From contig JBJBEO010000001.1 in NCBI GenBank assembly GCA_047284725.1, positions 2,040,203 through 2,104,202 on the forward strand: DNA of 64,000 bases. The letters run 5' to 3'. A model generated the notes under the pieces. It was not told the DNA's origin, searched no databases, and was given only the letters and a program-made list of their open reading frames with translations. Position 1 is the stretch's first letter. The number at the start of each line of letters is the position of its first letter. Of the stretch, positions 1-10,455 are shown piece after piece. A program made the translations under genes and the position numbers. The DNA comes from Synechococcus sp. Its GTDB lineage: Bacteria; Cyanobacteriota; Cyanobacteriia; PCC-6307; Cyanobiaceae.

Positions 1-317
1 TCTGTGACAGCAATGATGCTGCCGCAGCACAATCCAGCCTCGATGCTGAACTGCTGCATTGGAGCGATGGAAGATCCCTGTCAGCCCGCACCTGGATCGC
101 TGACCTCTGTGCCAGCGTGACGCCCATGGCCAAAACCCTGGGGCTGGAGCAACAACTCGAACCGATCCAACAGGTGCTCAACCATGGGAATCAAGCGATG
201 CGCTGGCTCGCAGCCATCGATGCAGGGAGCACCATCCCGGAGACAATCCAGGCCGGCGTTGCCGAAATGGCCCGACAGGAGCTTCTGAGCACTGAGGCTG
301 CACACGCTTTGGGATGA
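1..317 (+). CDS. gshA: Glutamate--cysteine ligase, C-terminal part (truncated by window start)
   Basis: Open frame from position 3 ([32 protein letters not shown]...HGNQAMRWL) resembles the cyanobacterial GshA C-terminus; stop overlaps the ppc ATG (ATGA 314-317). Confidence 0.7.
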   Translation, partial: CDSNDAAAAQSSLDAELLHWSDGRSLSARTWIADLCASVTPMAKTLGLEQQLEPIQQVLNHGNQAMRWLAAIDAGSTIPETIQAGVAEMARQELLSTEAAHALG

Positions 318-3300
318 TCAAGTCTTCAGTTGATTCCCAGAACGCTTCGATGCTCTCGACCTCCGCCCAGATTCCTGAGAGCGACCGGTCGACGATCGCC
401 GAGTCCAGCAAGGCCGGAGGCCCTCTCCTCCAGCAGCGTCTGGCCCTTGTGGAAGACCTCTGGGAAACCGTTCTGCGCAGCGAATGCCCCCACGACCAGG
501 CCGAAAGGCTGCTGCGCATGAAGCAACTGAGTGACCCGGTTGCCAGTGATGGCGAAGCGGTCAGCAGTGATGCCGTTGCTCAACTGATCCGGGAGATGGA
601 TCTGGTGGAGGCCATCGCTGCTGCACGCGCCTTCTCCCTCTACTTCCAGCTGGTGAACATCCTTGAGCAGCGGATCGAGGAAGACAGCTACCTCGCGAGC
701 ATGAGTCGTTCGCTGGAGCATCCAGAGCAGGTGGACCCCTTTGCGCCACCCCTGGCCAGCCAGACGGAACCCGCCACCTTCAGGGAGCTCTTCGAGAGGC
801 TGCGCCATCTCAACGTGCCACCGGCCCAGCTGGAATCCCTTCTCCAGGACCTCGATATCCGGCTTGTTTTCACAGCCCACCCCACTGAAATCGTGCGCCA
901 CACGGTGCGCCACAAACAACGCCGAGTCGCCACGCTTCTGCAGCAATTACAGGTCACTCCTGCGATTGCCCACGGAGAACGCGACAGTCTGCGTCAGCAA
1001 CTCGAAGAAGAGATCCGACTGTGGTGGCGCACCGACGAGCTGCATCAGTTCAAACCAACGGTGCTGGATGAGGTCGATTACTCCCTCCATTACTTCCAGC
1101 AAGTGCTCTTCGACGCGATGCCCCAGCTTCGCCGTCGCATCAGCAGTGCACTGGCCAGCAATTATCCAGACGTTCGTCTCCCCCCCTCAGCGTTCTGCAC
1201 ATTCGGCTCCTGGGTGGGCTCCGATCGCGACGGCAACCCATCGGTGACACCGGAGATCACCTGGAGAACAGCCTGCTATCAGCGCCAGCTGATGCTCGAG
1301 CGCTACATCGCGGCGGTTCAAGCCCTTAGGGATCAGCTCAGTATCTCGATGCAGTGGAGCCAGGTGAGTGCACCACTGCTGGAATCCCTGGAAATGGACA
1401 GGCTGCGCTTTCCGGAGGTCTATGAGGAGCGTGCCGCACGGTACCGGCTTGAGCCCTACCGGCTGAAACTCAGCTACATGCTCGAACGGTTGCGGCTCAC
1501 CCAGCTGCGCAATCAGCAACTGGCGGAAGCCGGATGGCAAACCCCCACCGAGGGCTTGCCGGCGAACACCGCATCAACCGCAGGGAATGAGGCCCTGCAT
1601 TACGGATCCGTGACGGAATTCCGCAGCGACCTGGAATTGATCCGCAACAGCCTGGTGAGCACCGAACTCAGCTGCGAGCCGCTCGACACCTTGCTCACTC
1701 AGGTGCACATTTTCGGATTCTCTCTGGCCAGCCTTGATATCCGCCAGGAGAGCACCCGGCACAGCGATGCCCTGGATGAACTGAGTCGCTACCTGCGTTT
1801 ACCCAAGTCGTATGAAGACATGGGTGAAGCCGAGCGGGTGGCCTGGCTGCTGGAAGAGCTCCAAACCCGTCGTCCGCTCATTCCCCAGGCCGTGGAGTGG
1901 TCGGCCAGCACTGCAGAGACCATTGCGGTCTTCCGCATGTTGCACCGCCTTCAGGAGGAATTCGGCAGTCGAATCTGCCGCACCTACGTGATCTCGATGA
2001 GTCACACCGCCTCCGACCTGTTGGAGGTGTTGCTACTGGCCAAGGAAGCCGGTCTGGTTGACCCCGCAGCAGAGCAGGCCGATCTGCTGGTGGTTCCTCT
2101 GTTTGAAACGGTTGAAGATCTCCAGCGAGCTCCGGCCGTGATGGAGCAGCTGTTCGATAACCGCCTTTACCGACAGTTGTTGCCTCGCGTGGGAGAACAC
2201 GTGCAACCGCTGCAGGAGCTGATGCTCGGCTACTCCGACAGCAACAAGGATTCCGGCTTCCTCTCCAGTAACTGGGAAATCCACCAGGCCCAGATCGCGC
2301 TCCAGGACCTTGCCAGCCACAAGGGTGTCGCCCTTCGCCTCTTCCACGGCCGAGGAGGTTCCGTTGGCCGCGGGGGTGGTCCCGCGTATCAGGCCATCCT
2401 TGCTCAACCCAGTGGCACACTCCAGGGGCGGATCAAGATCACAGAGCAAGGTGAGGTGCTGGCCTCGAAATACAGCCTTCCCGAGCTGGCTCTCTACAAC
2501 CTGGAAACGGTGAGCACCGCGGTGGTCCAAAACAGCCTCGTCACCAACCAACTCGATGCCACACCGAGCTGGAATGAATTGATGTCGCGGCTGGCAGCCC
2601 GCTCCCGCAATCACTACCGCGCTCTGGTGCACGACAACCCCGATCTGGTGGCGTTCTTCCAACAGGTCACCCCGATCGAAGAGATCAGCAAACTGCAGAT
2701 CTCCAGTCGTCCGGCTCGTCGCAAGAGCGGTGCCAAGGACCTCTCCAGCCTTCGGGCCATTCCCTGGGTGTTCGGCTGGACGCAGAGTCGCTTTCTTCTG
2801 CCCAGCTGGTTTGGCGTCGGCACGGCCCTGGCGGAGGAAGTGGCCTCGGATGCCGAACAGCTCGACGTACTACGCCGCTTGCATCAGCGTTGGCCCTTCT
2901 TCCGGATGCTGATCTCAAAAGTGGAGATGACCCTCTCCAAAGTCGATCTCGAGCTGGCGAGCCATTACGTGAGCAGCTTGGGCAGCGATGCACACAGGGA
3001 CGCCTTCGATCGCATCTACGCAACGATCGCCAGGGAATATGCCCTCACCCATCAACTCGTGCTCGACATCACCGGCCAGAAGCGTCTTCTCGACGCGGAT
3101 CCCGGCCTCCAACTATCGGTCGATCTGCGAAACCGCACGATCGTTCCCCTCGGTTTTCTTCAAGTTGCTCTGCTGCGGCGCCTGCGCGATCAGAACCGTC
3201 AACCCCCCATCAGCGAGTCGGCCTCGAGCCAGAGCGATGGTCGTACCTACAGCCGCAGCGAACTGCTACGGGGAGCCCTGCTCACGATCAATGGCATTGC

Positions 3301-3325
3301 CGCTGGCATGCGCAACACCGGTTGA
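314..3325 (+). CDS. ppc: Phosphoenolpyruvate carboxylase
   Basis: 1003 aa; [47 protein letters not shown]-terminal [10 protein letters not shown]. Confidence 0.99.
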   Translation: MIKSSVDSQNASMLSTSAQIPESDRSTIAESSKAGGPLLQQRLALVEDLWETVLRSECPHDQAERLLRMKQLSDPVASDGEAVSSDAVAQLIREMDLVEAIAAARAFSLYFQLVNILEQRIEEDSYLASMSRSLEHPEQVDPFAPPLASQTEPATFRELFERLRHLNVPPAQLESLLQDLDIRLVFTAHPTEIVRHTVRHKQRRVATLLQQLQVTPAIAHGERDSLRQQLEEEIRLWWRTDELHQFKPTVLDEVDYSLHYFQQVLFDAMPQLRRRISSALASNYPDVRLPPSAFCTFGSWVGSDRDGNPSVTPEITWRTACYQRQLMLERYIAAVQALRDQLSISMQWSQVSAPLLESLEMDRLRFPEVYEERAARYRLEPYRLKLSYMLERLRLTQLRNQQLAEAGWQTPTEGLPANTASTAGNEALHYGSVTEFRSDLELIRNSLVSTELSCEPLDTLLTQVHIFGFSLASLDIRQESTRHSDALDELSRYLRLPKSYEDMGEAERVAWLLEELQTRRPLIPQAVEWSASTAETIAVFRMLHRLQEEFGSRICRTYVISMSHTASDLLEVLLLAKEAGLVDPAAEQADLLVVPLFETVEDLQRAPAVMEQLFDNRLYRQLLPRVGEHVQPLQELMLGYSDSNKDSGFLSSNWEIHQAQIALQDLASHKGVALRLFHGRGGSVGRGGGPAYQAILAQPSGTLQGRIKITEQGEVLASKYSLPELALYNLETVSTAVVQNSLVTNQLDATPSWNELMSRLAARSRNHYRALVHDNPDLVAFFQQVTPIEEISKLQISSRPARRKSGAKDLSSLRAIPWVFGWTQSRFLLPSWFGVGTALAEEVASDAEQLDVLRRLHQRWPFFRMLISKVEMTLSKVDLELASHYVSSLGSDAHRDAFDRIYATIAREYALTHQLVLDITGQKRLLDADPGLQLSVDLRNRTIVPLGFLQVALLRRLRDQNRQPPISESASSQSDGRTYSRSELLRGALLTINGIAAGMRNTG

Positions 3326-3331
3326 TCGGCC

Positions 3332-3787
3332 TTGCTCCCTTTTCGCCATCAGCCTCCAGCGCCGACCCTTCCCGCGCGTTATCAGCTGCGCAACGATTTC
3401 AATCCGTCCGCCGAAGCGATCAACCGCTTGCTGGCCTCATGCGGCGAGGCCACCCCTCCTCTCGTGCGCTGGAATGACGCCTTAGCACGCAGTTACGGCC
3501 ACCTCTGCATCCTCGACAACACCGATGCCGAGTTGGTGGGATTTGTTCGGATCACCAGTGATCAGGCGCTCAATGCCAATCTCTGGAATCTGTCCGCCAA
3601 GCCGGGGCCCGATCAGGCACGGTTATTTGCCGTGCTCGTGCACCGCGCCCTGAGCAGCCTGCGAAAGGGGCTGCCAGGATGCAGTATTTCCATTGCCGCC
3701 CCTAGGTCAGCCCTTGACGCTCTGACAAGCCAGGGGTTTGTCCTTGATCCCGGCGGGATCAGGGCCATGGGACTGAGACTCCGATAA
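3332..3787 (+). CDS. GNAT-family N-acetyltransferase-like protein
   Basis: 151 aa, TTG start 6 nt after ppc; LVGFVRITSDQALNANLWNL is a GNAT beta-strand motif. Confidence 0.75.
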   Translation: MLPFRHQPPAPTLPARYQLRNDFNPSAEAINRLLASCGEATPPLVRWNDALARSYGHLCILDNTDAELVGFVRITSDQALNANLWNLSAKPGPDQARLFAVLVHRALSSLRKGLPGCSISIAAPRSALDALTSQGFVLDPGGIRAMGLRLR

Positions 3788-3804
3788 ACGGCAGAACGAA
3801 AAGA

Positions 3805-3878
3805 CGAGCATGGCAGGACTCGAACCTGCGACCCTCAGAACCGGAATCTGATGCTCTATCCAACTGAGCTACATGCCC
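3805..3878 (-). tRNA. tRNA-Arg(CCG)
   Basis: Reverse complement GGGCATGTAGCTCAGTTGGATAGAGCATCAGATTCCGGTTCTGAGGGTCGCAGGTTCGAGTCCTGCCATGCTCG; cloverleaf with CCG anticodon. Confidence 0.97.
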
Positions 3879-3959
3879 ACACCGGCTGATGCCGCTGGGT
3901 GGAGTCGACTCATGGAGTGCTCCATCGAGTTACTTTAACGACACGCCGCACCCGGACCA

Positions 3960-5078
3960 ATTCGGCTTCTCCAGCTGGAACTGCAGGCGTTCCGCAACTA
4001 CAGCGCTTTGCAGCTGGAGATTGATGAACCGCGGCTGTTGGTGATTGGCCGGAACGGCGTGGGCAAATCAAACCTGCTCGAGTCAGTTGAACTTCTCGGC
4101 AGCCTCCGCTCCCATCGCAGCAGCCAGGACCAAGACCTGATCCACTGGGAGGCCTCAGAAGCTCGCCTGCGAGCGCGCACCAGCGACAACGACGACCTAC
4201 AGATGCTGTTGCGGCGACGAGGCGGGCGCGAAGTCAGGCGGAATGGCAAAACCCTGGATCGGCAGCTCGACCTGATTGGCCCACTTCGCTGCGTTGGCTT
4301 CAGCGCTCTGGATCTGCAGCTGGTGCGTGGTGAACCGGCCCTGAGGCGCCAATGGCTCGATCGGGTGGTCCTCCAACTCGAACCCATTTACGGCGACCTG
4401 ATCAGCCGCTACAGCAGGCTGCTGCGGCAACGGGCCCAGCTGTGGCGGCAGAGCCGTGGCGTCGCGACCCTGGAACGCCATGCCCTGCTCGATGCTTTCG
4501 ATCTGCAAATGGCGTTGGTGAGCACGCGCATTCACCGCAGGCGGCGCCGCGCCCTGGCCCGACTGGAACCATTGGCGGCTCGCTGGCACGCGCACCTCAG
4601 CCAAGGGCGCGAACAACTCACGCTTCGCTACAGACCAGGCAGTGACCTGATCGGGGAAGAAGCGGAAGAGCCCTGGCGTCTCGCGATCACCGAACAGCTA
4701 CGGCTGCAGCGCAGTGAAGAGGAGCGGCTCGGCAGCTGCCGGGTCGGTCCTCACCGCGATGAAATCAGTCTCGAACTCAACGACAATCCCGCCCGCCGTT
4801 TCGGCTCTGCTGGCCAGCAACGCACCTTTGTGCTGGCCCTCAAACTGGCGGAACTGGAATTGGTGGGAGAGCTCTGGGGGCAGCCTCCCTTGCTGCTGCT
4901 CGATGATGTCCTTGCAGAACTCGACCAGGAACGCCAGCTGACGCTGCTGGAGGCGGTCGGAGATCGCCATCAGTGTCTGGTGAGCGCAACTCACCTGGAA
5001 GCCTTCGCAGACCACTGGCGCAGCCACGCGCAGGTGATTAACGCCGAAACGTTGAAACCTGAAGCAAATGTGAGGTAA
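3960..5078 (+). CDS. recF: DNA replication/repair protein RecF (start uncertain: ATT 3960 versus TTG 4008)
   Basis: [15 protein letters not shown]-terminus, Walker [41 protein letters not shown]. Confidence 0.95.
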   Translation: MRLLQLELQAFRNYSALQLEIDEPRLLVIGRNGVGKSNLLESVELLGSLRSHRSSQDQDLIHWEASEARLRARTSDNDDLQMLLRRRGGREVRRNGKTLDRQLDLIGPLRCVGFSALDLQLVRGEPALRRQWLDRVVLQLEPIYGDLISRYSRLLRQRAQLWRQSRGVATLERHALLDAFDLQMALVSTRIHRRRRRALARLEPLAARWHAHLSQGREQLTLRYRPGSDLIGEEAEEPWRLAITEQLRLQRSEEERLGSCRVGPHRDEISLELNDNPARRFGSAGQQRTFVLALKLAELELVGELWGQPPLLLLDDVLAELDQERQLTLLEAVGDRHQCLVSATHLEAFADHWRSHAQVINAETLKPEANVR

Positions 5079-5106
5079 CTTCAACTGCTCTTCTCATCTC
5101 ACCCTG

Positions 5107-5595
5107 ATGAAGCAGAACCTGTCTTGCCTGCATCCCAACCCGGGATGGGGCGGCATCGAATCCCTTTCGGCCACCAGCTCCGTTTCACCCAGTGCCACCG
5201 ACATGGTGGGAAAACACTGCATTCTCGAGCTCTACGCGTGCGACCACGCCAAGCTCGACGACGAAGTCTTTCTCCGGGACACCATCACCACTGCAGCCAA
5301 AAGTGCTGGTGCGACCCTGCTCAACCTGATCACTCACCGATTCGAACCACAGGGCGTGACCGGGCTGGCTCTCTTAGCCGAATCCCACATCTCCATCCAC
5401 ACCTGGCCTGAAAACGGCTATGCCGCCATCGACGTCTTCACCTGCGGCGATCACACCATGCCTGAACGGGCCTGTGACGTGCTGCGTTGTGCCCTTGGCG
5501 CTCAGCACCATCAACTCAAGAGTTTCCTGCGTGAAACCCCTGCTGCTGTGGCCCATGCCCAGCGCGATCCACAGATCGTGACGTCAGCCGGCTAA
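5107..5595 (+). CDS. speD: S-adenosylmethionine decarboxylase proenzyme (class 1B, pyruvoyl)
   Basis: [24 protein letters not shown] (E-S cleavage site) and DVFTCG. Confidence 0.9.
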   Translation: MKQNLSCLHPNPGWGGIESLSATSSVSPSATDMVGKHCILELYACDHAKLDDEVFLRDTITTAAKSAGATLLNLITHRFEPQGVTGLALLAESHISIHTWPENGYAAIDVFTCGDHTMPERACDVLRCALGAQHHQLKSFLRETPAAVAHAQRDPQIVTSAG

Positions 5596-5606
5596 GCCGG
5601 CTGACG
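5582..5606. repeat. Perfect GC-rich inverted repeat centred on the speD stop codon
   Basis: CGTCAGCCGGC-TAA-GCCGGCTGACG (11-bp arms) at the convergent speD/gad junction. Confidence 0.85.
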
Positions 5607-5615
5607 CGGTTGAGC

Positions 5616-7010
5616 TCAAAGATGGTTGTACGCCGCCGCTTCGGCAGCATCAAGACTGGTCGTGATGGGATGCTTCCGGAAATGATCAAGGGCCGCCGTG
5701 AGATCGCTGATCAGAAGATCAGCCATCTCACGGGTGAAGTCACGCTTCACAAGGATGCGCTGAAAGGCCTGATTCGCTAAGTCACCGGTGAAGGGATAAG
5801 CGGGCACCTGCCATCCACGCATGCGCAGCCGATCCGCCAGGTCATAGAGATTGAAGCCATGGTCACCATCGTCATGGAGGGTCCAGACCACCGTGGGGAT
5901 TCCCTTCTGGGGTGAGCCGTCGTGGATGAGCTTGAACGGCCCGATCTCCCGAAGTTTGCTGGCGACATAGCGCGCATTGGCATGGCTGGCTTCATGCAGC
6001 TGCCGATACCCTTCACGACCCAGCCGAACAAACTCGTGGTATTGGGCAATCACCTGACCAGCCGGTCGAGAAAAATTGATCTGGAACGTCGGCATGTCTC
6101 CGCCGAGATAGCTGACGTGAAACACCAACTCATCGGGCAAATCCTGGGGCGTTCGCCACAACACCCAGCCGACCCCGAGTGGAGCCAGACCAAATTTATG
6201 GCCTGACGCGTTGATGGACTTCACCCGCTGAAGTCGAAAATCCCATGGAGGTAGATCGGGCGCACAAAACGGTGCAAGGAAGCCTCCGCTTGCCCCATCC
6301 ACGTGAATCGGTACATCAATGCCGGTCTGGGCTTGATAAGAATCGAGTGCAGCACTGATGGCGGCCACATCCTCATAAAGGCCGTGGTAGGTGACGCCAA
6401 GGGTTGGCACCACAAAAATGGTGTTCTCATCCACCGCTTCCAGAACACGCTCCGGGGTCAGACAGAGCTCCCCCGGGCGCATCTCGAGCTCGCGCATCTC
6501 GACATCCCAGTAGCGCGCAAACTTTTTCCAGCAGATCTGCACACTGCCACAAACCATGTTGGGTTTGTCGATGGGCAACCCTGCCAGGCTCTGACGTTTG
6601 CGCCAGCGCCATTTCGCCGCCATCCCTCCCAACATCGCGGCTTCACTGCTGCCGATCGTGGAACAGCCGACTGCCTCTGCGGGAGCGTTCCAGAGATCAG
6701 CCATCATCGAGACACAGCGTTGCTCCACCTCCGCGGTCTGGGGATATTCGTCTTTGTCGATCAGATTTTTATCGACCCCGAGCGCCATCAGGTTCATGAC
6801 ACTGGGCGAGAGATAGGTCTGACAGAACGTCGCCAGGTTCTGCTTGCTGTTGCCGTCAAGAAGCAGCTCTTCTTCGATCAGCTGCGCGGTGGCGTCATCA
6901 GCACGACCATCGATTGGGAAACGGCTCCGCGGCAGCGGCGCCACCATGGCGTTCACCAAGGCCTGCTCCTCGCCATCCAGCAGGTGATGCCGGGATCGAT
7001 GGATCGCCAT
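5616..7010 (-). CDS. gadB: Glutamate decarboxylase (PLP-dependent, GadA/B-like)
   Basis: LDGNSKQNLATFCQT, KNLIDKDEYPQT, STIGSSEA, HVDGASGGF, PLP lysine in SINASGHKFG, GWQVPAY. Confidence 0.93.
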   Translation of the reverse strand: MAIHRSRHHLLDGEEQALVNAMVAPLPRSRFPIDGRADDATAQLIEEELLLDGNSKQNLATFCQTYLSPSVMNLMALGVDKNLIDKDEYPQTAEVEQRCVSMMADLWNAPAEAVGCSTIGSSEAAMLGGMAAKWRWRKRQSLAGLPIDKPNMVCGSVQICWKKFARYWDVEMRELEMRPGELCLTPERVLEAVDENTIFVVPTLGVTYHGLYEDVAAISAALDSYQAQTGIDVPIHVDGASGGFLAPFCAPDLPPWDFRLQRVKSINASGHKFGLAPLGVGWVLWRTPQDLPDELVFHVSYLGGDMPTFQINFSRPAGQVIAQYHEFVRLGREGYRQLHEASHANARYVASKLREIGPFKLIHDGSPQKGIPTVVWTLHDDGDHGFNLYDLADRLRMRGWQVPAYPFTGDLANQAFQRILVKRDFTREMADLLISDLTAALDHFRKHPITTSLDAAEAAAYNHL

Positions 7011-7088
7011 CGGAAGCAAGCGTCTTCTTGGAAGGTATCTCCATCACGCCAAATCCGCAGTCACCTGCAACAGCACATGCTGGGTGCT

Positions 7089-7964
7089 TCACACCCGATT
7101 GAGCTTTCCGCTGACCAGCCCTTCTAGATCAAGGCTGACAGCAGTAAATCCCAGATCAAGCAATGCGTTCACCATCGCGTCTCGCTCAGGACTCAAGGCC
7201 AGTTCGGCGATCCGGTCAGAAGGCACCTCAATGCGTGCTGAGGAACCCTGGCTGCGCACTCTCACTGCGTTGAACCCCAGTGCCATCAACCTCGCTTCCG
7301 CCTGCCCGACCCGCTGAAGACGTTCTGCACTGATCCTTTCTCCATAGGGAAAACGGGAAGCGAGGCAAGGCTGCGCCGGCTTGTCCCACCAGGGGAATCC
7401 CAATGCTTTCGAGAGTTCACGCACCTGGGTCTTCCTGATCCCCAAGGCCGCCAGGGGAGACTCAACACCTGCCTCTCGTGCCGCTTGGATCCCAGGGCGA
7501 TGGTCAGTGAGATCATCTGCATTGACTCCATCGAGCACACGGGCCCCATCAGAGGCAGCGGCCAAGGGAGCCAGAAGACGATGAAGCTCCCGCTTGCAGG
7601 CATAACAACGATCCACCGGGTTATTGCTGTAGCTGGGATCGGTCAACTCCTCAGTGGCCACCTCGCGATGGCGAATACCCAGCCAAGCCGCCTGCTGACG
7701 GGCTTCACGCAAAAGGTGAGGAGCAAGGGCCGGCGAGACACCCGTGATCGCAGTGGCCGCGCCGCCGAGTTGCTCATGGGCAATGGCGGCCACCAGAGCG
7801 CTGTCGACTCCGCCGGAATAGGCCACACACACGCGCTCGTAGCCGGTCATGGCTTGCCTTAATTGGTCAAGCAAGCTCTGTTCCGGCTCGTCCAATGGCT
7901 CCAGCTGGCGAAAGAGGTGTCCGGAGGATGGCGACGCCGCCTGTGGCGTTCGGTCTTCAACCAA
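7089..7964 (-). CDS. larE: ATP-dependent sacrificial sulfur transferase LarE family (PP-loop); start approximate
   Basis: AYSGGVDS PP-loop, RCYACK, DGVNADD, RPG, PCLASRFPYG, SGKLN. Confidence 0.85.
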   Translation of the reverse strand: MVEDRTPQAASPSSGHLFRQLEPLDEPEQSLLDQLRQAMTGYERVCVAYSGGVDSALVAAIAHEQLGGAATAITGVSPALAPHLLREARQQAAWLGIRHREVATEELTDPSYSNNPVDRCYACKRELHRLLAPLAAASDGARVLDGVNADDLTDHRPGIQAAREAGVESPLAALGIRKTQVRELSKALGFPWWDKPAQPCLASRFPYGERISAERLQRVGQAEARLMALGFNAVRVRSQGSSARIEVPSDRIAELALSPERDAMVNALLDLGFTAVSLDLEGLVSGKLNRV

Positions 7965-8073
7965 GGGACCTATCGGTTCGCATCTCAAAGTCAAGTTAAT
8001 GGCGATGTGAATGCATCGGTCACGCCCGCATGGCATCCGCACTCGGTAAGCTCCGGGAACGTCCGATCGGTTC

Positions 8074-9231
8074 ATGGCAGGGAATCGCAGACCAGCCGTC
8101 GGAATCGTCACCGCTGCTGACAGCCGTGAACGCAGCCATGGCCAGCTCCACGTCTATGACGGAGAAGGGAAGGGCAAGAGTCAGGCAGCCCTCGGGGTGG
8201 TGCTCCGCACCATCGGTCTGGGGATCTGTGAGCAACGGCGCACCCGGGTGCTGTTGCTGCGTTTTCTGAAAGGCCCGGGCAGGGCGTATGACGAAGACGC
8301 TGCCATCGAAGCCTTACAGCAAGGGTTCCCTCATCTGATCGATCAGGTGCGTACCGGCCGGGGCGAACATTTTGGCGCCGACGATGTCACGCACTTCGAC
8401 AAACAGGAAGCCCAGAGGGGCTGGGACATCGCCAAGGGAGCGATCGCCAGTGCCTTGTATTCCGTGGTGGTGCTGGATGAGTTGAACCCGGTGTTGGATC
8501 TGGGCCTGCTCGACATCAACGATGTGCTGCGCAGCCTTGAGGCAAGACCTGAAGGCATGGAAATCATCGTGACCGGCCGGGGCGCCCCCAGGTCGCTTGT
8601 ACAGATGGCAGACCTTCACTCCGAAATGCGCGCTCATCGTCGTCCCGACCCCAACGACGACAGCCTTCGCTTCGAGTCTCAAGGCGCCATCGAGATCTAC
8701 ACCGGTGAAGGCAAAGGAAAATCCACCAGCGCCCTTGGCAAGGCTCTTCAGGCGATTGGCCGGGGCATCAGCCAGGACAAAAGCCACAGAGTACTGATCC
8801 TGCAGTGGCTGAAGGGCGGTAGTGGCTACACGGAAGACGCCGCCATCGCCGCCCTGCGCGAGAGCTATCCCCATCTGGTCGACCACCTTCGCTCAGGCCG
8901 CGACGCGATCGTCTGGCGCGGACAACAGGAGCCAATCGACTACGTGGAGGCAGAACGGGCCTGGGAGATCGCCAGAGCAGCGATCTCAAGCGGTCTCTAC
9001 AAAACCGTGATCCTGGACGAATTGAATCCAAGCGTCGATCTTGAACTGCTTCCCGTGGAACCAATCGTGCAAACCCTGCTGCGCAAGCCGGCTGAAACTG
9101 AGGTGATCATCACGGGACGCTGTAAGAACCTTCCCGCCTACTTCGATCTCGCCAGCGTGCATTCCGAAATGGTGTGCCACAAGCATTACGCCGAACAAGG
9201 CGTGGATCTGAAACGCGGCGTCGACTACTGA
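8074..9231 (+). CDS. cobO: Cob(I)yrinic acid a,c-diamide adenosyltransferase, tandem two-domain form
   Basis: Two repeats each carrying GEGKGKS P-loop, LDELNP and TGR motifs. Confidence 0.9.
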   Translation: MAGNRRPAVGIVTAADSRERSHGQLHVYDGEGKGKSQAALGVVLRTIGLGICEQRRTRVLLLRFLKGPGRAYDEDAAIEALQQGFPHLIDQVRTGRGEHFGADDVTHFDKQEAQRGWDIAKGAIASALYSVVVLDELNPVLDLGLLDINDVLRSLEARPEGMEIIVTGRGAPRSLVQMADLHSEMRAHRRPDPNDDSLRFESQGAIEIYTGEGKGKSTSALGKALQAIGRGISQDKSHRVLILQWLKGGSGYTEDAAIAALRESYPHLVDHLRSGRDAIVWRGQQEPIDYVEAERAWEIARAAISSGLYKTVILDELNPSVDLELLPVEPIVQTLLRKPAETEVIITGRCKNLPAYFDLASVHSEMVCHKHYAEQGVDLKRGVDY

Positions 9232-9253
9232 CATCGCACCATCGGTCCCATCG

Positions 9254-10435
9254 TCAGTATCGAGGCACGCTGGGGTCGACGAACTGTGACCAGGCGTCAA
9301 TGCCGCCCTGCACATTGATGGCTTCGATGCCTTGATCGGCTAGTAGCTGCACCGCCTTGGCCGAACGCCCACCCAGCTTGCAATGCACGTAGAGAGGCTG
9401 GCCAGCAGCAAGAGCGCGGATCCGCTCGAGGGCCTCGCCGTTTTCAATCATCGCCAGGGGAATCAGTTGGGCACCCGTGATCACGGCCACCTCCGCCTCA
9501 GCGGGGTTGCGGACATCGATCAGTGCCAGTGCATCACCAGCATCCATGCGCTGCTTCAGTCCCTGCACTGTGACGCTGTTCATATCTGCCAACTCTTCCG
9601 GCGCTGATTCTCCGCCACGAACGCCACAGAATCTCTCATAGTCGATCAGTCGGTCGATCACAGGGCGCCCCGGAGACGGCTGCAGCTTCAGCTCGCGGAA
9701 GCGCATGGCCAGGCCATCGACCAGCAGCAGGCGTCCATCGAGTGGCATCCCAATGCCTGTGATCAGCTTGATCGCCTCCGTCGCCTGCAGCAGTCCGATC
9801 AGGCCAGGCATCACCCCGAGCACACCACCTTGGGCACACGTGGGCACCAATCCCGGCGGCGGCGGCTCCGGCACCAGATCGCGGTAATGGGGACTGTCAG
9901 CCGTGCGATTGAACACGCTGACCTGGCCTTCAAAACCCTGGACTGAGCCGTAAATCAACGGTTTTCCCAGCAGCACACAGGCGTCATTGATCAGATAGCG
10001 ACTGGGAAAGTTGTCGGTGCCGTCGCAGATCACGTCATAGCCCTTCAGAAGCTCCAATGCGTTGGCGGCCGTGAGCTTCGTGTCGTAGCCCTCCACTCTG
10101 CAATGGGGATTGAGGTCATGAATCCGGGCTTCTGCAGAGGCCGTTTTCGCCCAGCCAATGGTGGCTGTGCCGTGAATCACCTGACGCTGGAGGTTGGAGG
10201 AATCCACCACATCGAAGTCAATGATGCCGATCCTGCCGACGCCGGCCGCCGCCAGATAGAGCAGCAGGGGCGAACCGAGACCACCACTGCCGATGCACAA
10301 CACCGACGCAGCTTTCAAACGTCGCTGACCTGCCAACCCCACCTCCGGCAGGGTGAGGTGCCGGGCGTAACGGCTCCGTTCCTCCGCTGAGAGATCAACA
10401 CCGGAATCGAGAGCAGCAAAAGGCTCAACAGGCAC
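9254..10435 (-). CDS. moeB: MoeB/ThiF adenylyltransferase fused to a C-terminal rhodanese domain
   Basis: RYARHL, GSGGLGS, SNLQRQ, DGTDNFPSRY; rhodanese IDVR...HCKLGGRS...GGIDAW. Confidence 0.92.
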   Translation of the reverse strand: MPVEPFAALDSGVDLSAEERSRYARHLTLPEVGLAGQRRLKAASVLCIGSGGLGSPLLLYLAAAGVGRIGIIDFDVVDSSNLQRQVIHGTATIGWAKTASAEARIHDLNPHCRVEGYDTKLTAANALELLKGYDVICDGTDNFPSRYLINDACVLLGKPLIYGSVQGFEGQVSVFNRTADSPHYRDLVPEPPPPGLVPTCAQGGVLGVMPGLIGLLQATEAIKLITGIGMPLDGRLLLVDGLAMRFRELKLQPSPGRPVIDRLIDYERFCGVRGGESAPEELADMNSVTVQGLKQRMDAGDALALIDVRNPAEAEVAVITGAQLIPLAMIENGEALERIRALAAGQPLYVHCKLGGRSAKAVQLLADQGIEAINVQGGIDAWSQFVDPSVPRY

Positions 10436-10455
10436 GAGGTGGAGCGAGAAGTACC

